From Geosiphon pyriformis uo1 (Eukaryota > Fungi > Glomeromycota): a stretch of DNA of 64,000 nt. Shown here in pieces: positions 51,201-62,439 of the stretch. Position numbers and translations under genes: made by a program. The notes beneath the pieces were generated by a model, which did no database searches, was not told where the DNA came from, and saw only the letters and a program-made list of their open reading frames with translations. The stretch lies in contig JAAOMT010000665.1 in NCBI GenBank assembly GCA_016748015.1, positions 62,001-126,000 on the forward strand. The letters run 5' to 3'. Position 1 is the first letter of the stretch; the number at the start of each line of letters is the position of its first letter.

Positions 51201-54200
51201 TGGCTGATTGTCCCATTTTCCTACTCGTTTTGGTCTTTCAAAGTGTTCAAGGACACATGGGCGGTAATAGAACCTAGTTGCCATTGAATATTCTTCATCG
51301 TCCCCACAGCATGTGCCTATTGACGACAATTTCTTGCCACAATCAACGCATATAAGCTTAGGTTGACAATAGGTAGATCATTGTGGTATAGTGTATGTAT
51401 TATAAACGGTGGTAATTTGGGTGGTCTCTTCTTCTTTCCCTTTTCCTTTATTTTTTTTGTTCTCTTCTCATTTCCAGCTTGACATCGGTTCACTCTCGTC
51501 ATTGTCAGTTCATGTCAGGTCATCAGTTTTCCAGGTAAATTCTTCCTTCTGTTTCCCTTTTCCCTTGTTGCTGTCGTCCCAGGAGAGTATTGGCAGTAGT
51601 TCGTTGTGCTCTTCGTCTGCCCACAACACTTGGTAGGCTTCCCAAGTAGGTTTTTCTTTCTCCTCTTCCAGTTTGATCAATAGTTTTTCTCTTGGAGGAG
51701 TTTTAAAGGGGCCACACATGGCTGGGACATGTATGTGTTGGCTCTGATACATTAGCTGGAGTTTCTGGATGTTCCAGTTTAACATTGTATTGACTTTGGA
51801 TAGCCAGTCATTACCAATAAGAGCTTAGTATTGAGTGGCTTTTATCACTAGAACTTTAATGAGAGTCATGATGCCATTGACTTCAAAAGGAAAGTTGTCA
51901 ATTTTGCTGATTGGAGTTTTGGTCACTTCATCGGCTGTGATGATTCTGGCGCTGGCAGCTTGATCAACTTGGCAACCTAATTGATCCATGAGTTGTCTCG
52001 TGATTATGCTGTCTGCAGAACCACTGTCCAGGATTAATTTGATGGATTGTCCTTCTACTTTGGTGTCAGTATACATCACAGTGATTGGTTTGGCTTCAAG
52101 AGTGGCTCCACTAAATAATGGCATTGCAGCTGTTTCCTCAAATTCGAATGGGAAGATAGCGCTCAATGACTCGTCTTCAGTGATGGTAGTGGGTGGGATA
52201 TTACTGGTGAGTGGTTGTTTTTGGATAAATGCCGGGTTATTGGTTGAAGCATCTTCTGGGGTGACCAAGAGACTTAAATAGTTCTGGGAATTCGGGTTTT
52301 GGGGTTGACCAGTACCTGAATTCTGCTGGCATAATTCAGATGGTTGCTGTGAAGAACTGGGGATCAGTTGATAGACTACCATTGCTGATCTCCAGCTCTG
52401 TTGAGTCATTCTCGGTCTTTGAGTTCCATTGGATGGTAAGCTTTGGGGCGGTGTTTGGATCTATTGGAGTTGATAGATTATTTGTGGCTGTGGTTGATAT
52501 ATTACTTGTGGCTGCGGCTGATAAATTAGAGGTTGATATACTGGAGACTGATAGATTGATGACTGTGTTACTGGTAGGTAAGCAGGTGGATTTTGATTTG
52601 GGTACTGATTCAGAGTTTGAAACCAGCAATCAGGGTTTCAATATTGATTTTCCAATCATTGATTATTTAAACACTGGTAACAGTCAATTTGGATATGTCC
52701 TTGTTTACCACAATAGTGGCAAATATGCGTTTCCTGTTGCCACTGTTGATTGGTTGATGGAGATGGACATGGTTGATTTTGGGCATGATTAAAGTTTCCT
52801 TGATTATTGTGTCATTGTGGAGGCTGATAAATGGCATGATTGTCAGCTAAGTATCCTTCTAATCTCTTATTGATTAATTCACTGAACTTCTCCAATTTGG
52901 AATCCAATTCAGATGATCCATTCATTACTAGATTAACAGCTTGGGTGTGGTTAGTCTCTGACTCAGCGGATTCAAAATCTCTGGCATGTGTGACTGCATC
53001 TTGAAGAGTGCCTGGATGCAACGAACATACATGTTGCAAGATGCTGCTGTACAGGCCACAGATAAACTGATTGAGTATCTGTGGTGCTGTGAAATAATTG
53101 GTGTCAATTGCTTGAATTTGGCATAGGTTTCGATGGAAGCGTCCCAGGTAAATAATGACTGCTTCAGTTTCTCCTTGTTTCATGGTGGTGAATGCATTGA
53201 CTAGGCAATTGATGCTGTTATTGTTGCTGAAGTATCTTAGGAATTCCGCTTTGAAGGCATTAAAATTTTGTGGTTTATTAATCAAGCTCTGGTACCATGA
53301 ATCAGCAGTATCTTTGAGAAAGTAGGGAATGGCTTGCATTGCTCGAGTGTTATTTCATCTGTTGGCTGCAATGGTCTTTTCTACATCATTCAGCCATATT
53401 TGAGTGTCATTCTTTTTGCCTGTAAAGTTGTCAAGTTTTGCGATTGGTGCATAGACCATTGGATCTAAGTTAGGTGGTTGTGGTGGCTGTTGAAGCAATT
53501 GTTGTTGTCTTGGCTATTAGGGTGGTAGCTGAAGTGGCTGCTGTATGGGTTCGGCTATGAGATTAATCAGCAGTTAATTGATGACGATTACTGAAGGTAA
53601 GTTTTACTGATTAATTAATTCAGGTTTTTGATTTCTTTGATTTGGCGGCATTCGAATATTTGGAGTTTTGATTTCCAGATTTTCTAACTGTTGCTGAGTT
53701 TGAAGGTTCGGGGTTTCAACTTCCGGGTTTTCAGTGATCAGGTGCTGGTAAGTGAATTCTTAATCCTCTGATTCTTCTTCCTTTTTTTCTGATTCCGCTG
53801 CTTCCCACGGATCAGAGATTCCAAAATCTGGTGGAGGCGGTGGTGATCGAAGTTCTGATGAGGTTGATGATCGCGAATTAAATCCCTCAAAGTATTCACC
53901 ATATGGTCCTAACAATTCTGTTTTCCTTTGTCTACTTTGGAATGGGAATTATCTAAATGCTGATGTCACAGTTGATGGAAATGTGTCAGTTGATGATATG
54001 TTAATGGCACTTCCAGGTGTATAGTAGTAGGATGGGTTGCTTGGGGATTCAACTCTGTTTTTCTTCCAAGCAGGTGGCTGTATTTTTCTGGGTGTTACTG
54101 CTGGTGTTTGTAATTTTTCCTTGCCTTTACTAGCATATGTAATTGGATATCTTTGTTGAGTGTAATGTTCAATTTTTTTGTTAATCTCAGTGATGATAGA

Positions 54201-54485
54201 TGCAAAATTATGGTTTGTTAGTAGATTGGTGTTTTGAATTAATTCCTTATAGAAAGTTTCTCTTGCTGATTCAGTATTCACTGGTGTTCCTAATAAAGAG
54301 AAAATTTTTTCATTGACGTAGAAATTGAAGGCTGATTCGACAGATATATGATTGTGGTTTAATTCCAAGTATTGACAATAGTGTTGAAATAAGGATTTTG
54401 CGAATCCTAAATGGTTTGCTCCTATAATTTCTGATTCTGCCACTTTTGGTTTGGTGTTATCAGTGCTGGTTCTCTGTAGGATTAT
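48237..54485 (-). pseudogene. Single-frame gag-protease-Cys-rich-dUTPase-RT-RNase H polyprotein of element D
   Basis: All track ORF fragments share one frame. Retrotransposon gag domain, CHYCGKQGHIQIDC knuckle, LILDSGS protease, AGFDL...EKIAQ dUTPase, RT LDLNSGYWQV and YLD(D>N), RNase H. Confidence 0.9.
50070..50470 (-). pseudogene. dUTPase domain within the element D polyprotein
   Basis: Five trimeric-dUTPase motifs in order: AGFDL, SKSSL, GIIDAEY, EKIAQ and REIQGFG. Homologous copy at ~6610-7020. Confidence 0.88.
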
Positions 54486-54486
54486 A

Positions 54487-54503
54487 CCTCACAAGAAGCA
54501 CCA
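54487..54503 (-). promoter_or_regulatory. Primer-binding site TGGTGCTTCTTGTGAGG
   Basis: Starts 2 nt after the 5' LTR end. Complementary to a tRNA 3' end reading CCUCACAAGAAGCACCA. Confidence 0.8.
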
Positions 54504-54505
54504 AA

Positions 54506-55396
54506 TGTTACAGGTAATTATTTGTGTTGTGGAATTGAATAACAAACCCATAACTTGGTGCTCAAAAGCTACTTTCATGAATGATGTGCAGAAAGTATGG
54601 TATCTGAAGGTTTTGGTTGATCTGAAGGTTTTGTTGTGGAGTTCTTTGTATAATGGACAGAGATTCAATAAAGTTGATAGTAGTTGTATCCTCAAGTGGT
54701 TTTCCCAATTTCTTTCTCAGTGTGGTGGCCGGATTTAGTCTGGCAGTCATGTCTTTTTAGTAAGCTATCCGATAATATATATAAAATCCTACCCTTATTT
54801 CTGGGTCTTTTACCAGGCTATTCTTGATGTCAATAACTCAGTACTTAATTTTTTAATCAATTAGTATACAACAACAAAATCAAAGAAAGCAAGGAAATAA
54901 AATAGAGAAAATAAAAATAAAGAAAATAAAGAAATAAGCCAAGGCAATTTGGTCCGTTAGTATCTCATCAATAGCTGTGATCAAGAGCTATTGTTCCAGC
55001 ATGGTTAAGTAGCAATTACTATCAACATAAAGTGTTGATAGTGAATAGTGGTTTGAAATATGGAATAATTATTTATTTGATGATTGGTTTCTTGGCTAAG
55101 GATTCTGTGGTATTGATTCTGTCTTTTCTGTTTCTAATACTACTGCTATATATACATAATTTGGATTTCTCAATTCCTCGATTCTTCATGACAAGAATTC
55201 TGGAATTCCTGAAATTTTGCAATTCTTTTGAGAGGAATCCTGGAATTCTGAAATCCTGCAATTCCTCATTGAGAATCCTGAAATTCCTGGAATCCTGCAA
55301 TTCCTGAGAAGAATCTTGGAATTCCACATTTACTATGCTTACTTTTGATTGGCTAATAATTATGCTAATATATTTCCTATATTTCTATGAGTAACA
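54506..55396 (-). repeat. 5' LTR of element D (891 bp)
   Basis: Direct repeat of 45228-46093. The 25-bp length difference lies in the U3 GAATCCTG-type repeat array. Confidence 0.95.
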
Positions 55397-56329
55397 CTAT
55401 CCAAGACAGCCACCAAATTTATCATGAAGAAATTATTAGTTAAAAAAATGTTGAAATAATATTAACAGGAAAAACAAAAAACTTCTTTTAACAGAAATGT
55501 GTTCATTTAAAGATTTTTTGGAAGTAAGAAAGAAAAGAAGTTTTTTTATTATGAATATACTTAAAAATATTATAAATACTTTCCAATTTTTATTTTAGTT
55601 ATTACAAGAATCTAATTTTTAATTAGAAATTACTTTTAATAATTTTGAAATTTTATATAGAAAAAAAAATTCAGTCATATAAAAAAACAAGCCAAACACA
55701 AATTATTTTAATTTTTACTACAAAAAAATGTTAACATATTAATTGATAAAATTATAAAAAATTTTAGCTTTTAAAAAATACAATGCCCAAAAAAAAAACT
55801 TAATTGCTTTTTTTTACTATATATATTTTATAATAATTACATAATTAGACTTTCAAACAATTTACACCAAAAAAAACAGCAGAAAATTTAACAAAACAAA
55901 ACTTTAAAAGTTCAAAAACCTGATTAAAAAAAGCAATATTAAGCACTATTTTAAAACAATATATTAATTTTACATATTTTTTTAATACTATTTAAAAGTA
56001 TTGTTAACAAACAAAATAAACATATTTATTTTTAATAAAATTAAAAAGCTTACTAATAATAAATTTTAAAACTTATAAAAAAAAAAAATTTAAACAAGTA
56101 TGCAAACTTTTGTGTTAGATATTAACATTAAAGAAACATATATTAATTTTAACAAAGCTTAATTTTAAAAAAAAATAATATTACTTGATAAAAATTAACA
56201 AAAATTAAAAATATAATATTATAATATATTAATTAATTATTAAATAACAATATAAATAGTATAAAACAATAAATAAAAATAAAAAACATGATATGTATAC
56301 AATAGTATATAAATATGTATAAATGTGCC

Positions 56330-56810
56330 CAATTTAATATAATTATAAACAAGTAAGCCAAGAAATATTCACAGTTAAATAAAAAGCCCAATAGTTTAAC
56401 AATTATTTATTAATTAGTTAAAATAAATACAATCATATATAACTTGAAATATGTATATATACTATAATTTTTTAACTAAAAAATAAAACAAACAGACAAG
56501 AAGTCAATTAAACAAAATAAAAAAAATAAAAAAAATAAAAAAAAGAAATTAAATTATAATTTTAAAAAAAAACAAAATTAAATACATAAATTATCTAAAA
56601 TCTATTTCTAATAATATCTTGGCTAAAATTAACAGTTGACTTAAAAATTTGAAATAATTTCTTCATGTTTTGGAAAAATAATCTCTAATCAAGATTATTT
56701 TTGAATATTAACTTTGTTAAAATTTTACTTTTTTTTATTTAATATTCTTTAAATTTATTAAAAATAAAATATTACTTTACTATAAACAAAAAAATATAAA
56801 CATTTAGTAT
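56330..56810 (-). repeat. Eroded inverted copy of repeat E, lacking the Tc1 insertion
   Basis: Reverse complement matches both Tc1 flanks, e.g. GTCAACTGTTAATTTT(A/G)GCCAAGATATTATTA and TGGCTTACTTGTT...ATTATATTAAATTGGG. Confidence 0.75.
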
Positions 56811-57327
56811 TAGTACAAGATAAAAAAGTATCTTTATGGAAGTTTTAAAAAAAGACACAATCAAAAGTATAGGAATACAACAGGAATTTTTTTTAAAAGA
56901 CAAGTATAATAAAGATTATTAACAATAATTTTGATAAAAACATTACATAACATATTAAATTAAATAAAAAAACACTTATTAAAGAAAATTATCTAATACT
57001 TATTAGAAATTAGAAAAAACTTACTAAGCTAATCTTTAGATTTTTAAATAGCTAAATAACAGTAATTTATTAAATAAAAATATAGTATTAATCAAACAAC
57101 ATTTATTAAAACTAATATACTTATTAATATATAATCATAATATAATTATAATATTATTTAATTTAAAACACTTAAGAAAAGTTAATCTGATTTTATTACT
57201 AAGTTTTGTTTTTATTACAATAACAAAAAAATAACTTATAATAACAATTCTAAAAAAAGAAGTAATAGAGTTAATTAAAAAAAAAATTAGAAGATTTTAA
57301 TAGAATTTATATTAAAAAAAAAGATAA

Positions 57328-58156
57328 TATTACTTATATAATAATAAAAAACAATAAAATAGATAAATAATCAATTAAAAATAAATATAATAAAAGAAGA
57401 ATTCCAGAATTTTTTTCAATTGAAATTTTAGAATTTTAAAATTCTAGTAATATTGTTAATAAAAATCACAAAATTCCAGAATTTTAGAAATTTTTATAAA
57501 AAAAATTCAAGGATTTAAAAAATTTTATATTATAAAAATTATATATATATAATAAAAAAAACAAAAACAAATGAAAATTCGAAACAAAAATTTAAGATTT
57601 ATTTTTTTTTTCTTTCTATTTACTTCAAAAATTAGTTTATTATTATTTAAAATAAAATTGTTTATTTATTAATAAAATTATTAATTACCATTTAATTTAT
57701 GTTATTATTATCATTTAATTAAATTATTTATTATTTTTGTCATATTAGCAATTTATGCTAATAATAATTAATACTTAATTATATTAAAACAATAGATTTT
57801 AATTACAATTATTAACAGAATACCAATTTTTTATTCTTTTTATTTTGTTTTGTGTATTAACTAATTAATTAAAAAAAAGTTAAGATTATAATATCAAAGA
57901 TTATTTGGTAAAAAATGTCAAAATAAAGTGTAGATTAAATAATAAATATTATTTACTAAAAGAATAAATTTACCAAAATAAACTAGTTATTATACTAAAA
58001 AATCAAATATTAAGTATTGCTAATTATTTGTTATTAAATTTCTGTTTATTATACAAAAAACTCAATTAAAATCTTCAGAAGTCATTATTAATATCTATTT
58101 AATATCAAGTTATAAGTTTATTATTTATTTTAATATCTTAATAATTACTTGTAACA
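57328..58156 (+). repeat. Highly eroded gypsy 3' LTR
   Basis: PPT-like purine run before 57328, GAATTCCAGAATT repeat remnants, TATA, and end ATAATTACTTGTAACA. Confidence 0.6.
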
Positions 58157-61100
58157 TTATAGTTATAAAAAATAGAAAAAAAAATATTATGATTAATTTA
58201 AAAATACTGTAATTAATAAATAATTAATAGTTATAATTAAAAATAATATATATATATTAATAATTATATTAATAATAAATAATATTAAAAAATTTGATAT
58301 TGTTTTTGTGAATTTTTAATTTTATAGTTTTAAATTTGAAATTAATAATTAAAGTTTTAATATTGATTTTCTGATTATTAATTAAATAATTATAAATAAC
58401 AATTAATCTTAATATAATTTTGTTTGTAATAATAATTACAGATTTAAATCTTTTATTTTTATTACAAGTTTAATAATAATAGTTATAATTAATTTTGAAA
58501 ACAATTATTATTCTAACTGTTTTTATAATATTAAAAAAATTGATATATAATTTAATTATTAGTTAATTATTTTTTTAGTTTCTGATTAATTATATTATTA
58601 AGTTATTTTAATTTAGTATTTAGTTTAAATAATTATTTATTATTAGATTAATAACTTAAATATTATGGATAAAAAACATATATATATTAAAATAAATAGT
58701 AAAAAAACTATTATAATTAGTAGTATTAATAATATATTTATTAAAATAACTAAATTTATTGAATTTATTAAATCAAGTTCCCAAATGGTTCGAACTTTCG
58801 GTTGTATTTCTTGTGGCTTTTCATTTTTCTCTATTGGCATTAGTTGGTGTTAGCCCTCTGAACATTTGTGGTTCTAATGATTTTGTGTCTATCTGTGATC
58901 ATTTTTCTTAGGTTGGTGCTAATAGCTTGTCTGTGTACATGGATGGTTCATTGAAAAATTTGGGCATGGTTGATTGTAGGACTAGCGCTGCTGCCTTTTT
59001 TGAAAACATTAATTTGGGTTTAGGTGTTAGTGTTCATGGCTTATTGTTGTCCACTTTGATGGAGCTGCAGACTATAGTATTGGCTCTAGAGTGCATGTCT
59101 GCAGCTCATTCTGTTCACCTGTTTTCAGATAGTCAGATGGCTTTGGATGCTTGCAGGTCGGAGTCTGACCTAATGTGTTCTGATTTTTACAATTGGTATT
59201 GGGTCGAACATCAACATATTAGGAATGTTATTCACAGTAAGAATTTGAAAGTTAAATGGCACAAAGTTAAGGGCCACTCTGGTATTCCAGTGAATGATTG
59301 CGCTAATAGCATTGCTAATACTGCATCTCTCTCTGGTTGGTATCTTTTTTTTTGTGTTAGTGAACATTTTTTGTTGATGGATGGTGGTGTTGTTTCTAGT
59401 AATTCTAGACACTTTGTCTGTGATGTTTTTCATGCTGTTTGTCATGCACATTGGGAGGTCAGTTCTGGTTCTGGATTTCTAGATGGTAATTTGCATTCAG
59501 ATGTCAATTGGTTTTGTTCTTTTAGAGTTTGGCACCCTGATTTGCATATGGCCACTGGTTTTACCAGCAGGCTCACTGCTGATACTCGAATTTACCTCAT
59601 GAAGGCTTTGCACTGTCAGCTTTCCATGGCTGTTCGAAAACACATTTACAATAAATGTTACCCTAGTGTTCTGTGTTTATATTGTGGTGAGATAAAGGTG
59701 TCTGATCATGTGTTTTCTTGTGTGATTGATAATTCAGTTTACCCAGGTCTTGAAATTTTGCATGTCTTCTTGGAGGGTGCTTTCTGGTCTCTCTCTTTTT
59801 TTTTCAGGTGTATTCTAGCTGTTGTCAACCTGTGCTTTGGACTTCCTGGTTTCCTCAGCTCTTTACAAGAGTTTTGTTTTCAATGGATAGCTTTATAAGG
59901 CTATTTTCATCTTCCATAATTCCAAAGTTGCTGGTGTTAAAATTACTAATTTTGTGCGCTCTATTTGTCTTGCTTTTAGGAATAATGTTTGGTTGGTCTG
60001 TGCTAAGCATTGCGCATTTATGGAAAAGAATGGCCTGATCTTAATAGATGGCTCAATCCCTATCTTGGTTTCTGGTTTGGCTTTGGGGTTCTCAGCTGGT
60101 GTAATTAGATTGCTTGGTATTGCTAAGACTTTTGGTGTCCGTTTTGGTTTTTGCAAGTCTTGTTTGTTTTTTTCAGGTATTGGTAACCTGGTTTTTGTTA
60201 ATATAAGTGCATAGTGTTGTTCTGACTGGCTTGAGTGGCTGGTTACATGTAGAAAATGCATGATTCACACTTAGTTTAGATTATTTCCTTAATGTATAGT
60301 TTTAAGTGGTGTTTGGACTTTACTTGTTAAATAAAATAAAATAAAAATTAAATCAAAAATTTCTGTTGAAGTTTGATTTATTGGAATTTTTGTAATAATA
60401 AATCTTAAAATTAAATTTTTATTAAATAATTTTTAATTTTTTAATTTTTTCTAACTTAATAATTTTTAATTATTAATAAACCAAAATTAAGTTTTAGTAA
60501 TAATAATTACAATAATAAAAATATAAATAATTATAATTAAAAATTTTCAAAAATTTTTTATATTTTTCTAATAAGTTATTATTTTTAAAGCAGTTTTAAA
60601 AAATAAGTTTTGATCTTATAATAAATATAAATATAATTTTTAATAGAATTTAAATAGTATTATTAGAAATATAATATAATAATTATAAAAATAAAATAAT
60701 TTGATGGTTTTTTATAAAAATATAATTACTTTTTTGAATATTTGTATTAATTAATTAAATTAATTATTTTTTATAATAAATAAATAAAAATTTTAAAATA
60801 TATTTGTATATTTTTATGTAAATTTTTGCTAGTGTATTTGCAAAATTATAAGATAAATAATAATTAATATATTGTTTAAACTTTTTATAAAAGTTTGTTT
60901 TTAAGAATTTTAAGTTAATTAGTTTTTTTAAACTGTATTAATTCTTTTATTAACTTAAAAATTAAATATAAATTCTACTAAAAAATAGTTAATGATTAAG
61001 CTAAAATCTTTTTGAAAATTTTTATATAGTAATTTTATAAATTTTAACTAATTTGTTTTTTAAATACTAATTTTGTTATTTTGTTAATTAATTTTAATAG

Positions 61101-61795
61101 TGTTTCTGTTTTTTATAAATTATATTTTACCAAAAACACTAAATATTACAAATATTTTTTTAGATTATTTAAATTTTTATAATTTGGTACTTAAATTTAA
61201 TAATTTTTTAATTTAATAATTTTTTAAAAAATTTAATAGTTGAATTTTTTGTATAATAAACAAAAATTCAATAATAATAATAATAAGTAATACTTAATAT
61301 TTAATTTTTTGGCATAATAATTAATTTATTCTGGTATTATTTACTTTTTTAATAAGTAATTTTAATTTTTTAACTATATTTTACACTTTTTTTGATGTTT
61401 TTTATCAAACAATTTTTAATATTATAATTTTAACACTTTTTTTAATTAATTAGTAAACATAAAACAAAATTCAAAAAAATAAAATAAGAAAATAGAAAAT
61501 TAGTATTTTATTAATAACTATAATTAAAAATTATTTTTTTAGTATTATTAATTGTATTAAATTAATACTATTAATATTAATTAAAAAATAATTAAATTTT
61601 AATAAAATAAGTATAGATTTATAAAATTAAATATTTAGATAATTTAATTTTGAATAAATATTTTACTTTAATTATTAAATTGTTAACTATAAAAGTTATT
61701 TAATAAAAATTAAACTAAATTTGTTTTTTTTTTTTGCTTTTAATATTTTTGATATATATATATATATATTTTTTTATAATACAAAATTTTTAAAA
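58157..61795 (-). mobile_element. Nearly erased gypsy 5' part (gag, PBS remnant, 5' LTR ~61144-61795), interrupted by a LINE
   Basis: 58280-58445 aligns to element D 52590-52740 if C>T/G>A is allowed. CACTAAATATTACA (61137-61150) corresponds to CACCAAATGTTACA. Confidence 0.5.
58771..60350 (+). mobile_element. 5'-truncated LINE 3' end with RNase H and CCHC finger
   Basis: VYMDGSL, STLMELQ, LFSDSQ, KVKGHSG...NDCAN (RNase H); CLYCGEIKVSDHVFSC; (TAAAA)n tail. Confidence 0.85.
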
Positions 61796-61797
61796 AC

Positions 61798-62115
61798 TTT
61801 TTTTTTTATTAAAGTTTAACAAGTGCAGTTCAATTATTACTTAATATACAGAGTCAAAACTGTGGACTCCAGCTAGATGTAATTCATGCATTTACTACAT
61901 GTGACTAGTCACTCAAACTAATCAAAGCAACACTATGCACTTATATAAACAGATACCATATTAAACAAACTGGAAAAAAACAAACAAGGTCTATAAAAAC
62001 CAAAACTCACTTCAAAAGAATCATCAATACCAATTAATCTAACTATGCCATCTGATACACTTTGCTCTGAGCTACAATGCACCAATGGCAATATTTCTAA
62101 GTCACTAACCAGAAA
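61798..62115 (-). mobile_element. Short LINE 3' end with poly(A)
   Basis: Reverse complement resembles the 3' end of the LINE at 58771-60350 (ATAAGTGCATAGTGTTG...TACATGTAG...TGCATGA). T-run at 61798-61807. Confidence 0.7.
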
Positions 62116-62439
62116 AATTTTTACAATTTTTTAAATTATTATTAAAATTTTTGGAATTTTTATTAGTATTTTAAAATTTCTAATATTATATGCTTTAATA
62201 ATTTATATTATATTATTTATTATTTATATTATATTTTGTCTTTTATTTTTTTTTGTTTTTATTTCATAAATAATAGTGGTAATTTATTTAACAAATTTTT
62301 AATAACTAATAATAGTTTTTTTAATATTATTAAAAATAATATTAAAAAACAAAAAAAGCAGTTAATTTGATTTTTATCTAATTAATTTAATTTTTAAAAT
62401 CAAATAATTTAATAAAATAATTGTTTAAAAATATATCTA

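Larger units (their letters stand above)
45228..55396 (-). mobile_element. Full-length Ty3/gypsy LTR retrotransposon D with dUTPase and ORF3 (inactivated by nonsense transitions)
   Basis: Two LTRs (TG...CA), 4-bp TSD CTAT (45224-45227 and 55397-55400), PBS, PPT, and gag-PR-DU-RT-RH-IN order. Confidence 0.96.

Noticed and set aside
52336-52629. S/T-rich 97-aa ORF suggesting a gag frameshift
   Set aside because: Shadow frame of the YQPQ-repeat region. The gag frame runs on into protease once transition stops are reverted.
55032-55327. ORFs in LTR repeat arrays (also 5326-5508, 45130-45417, 54451-54750)
   Set aside because: Translations of LTR repeats with no conserved protein features.
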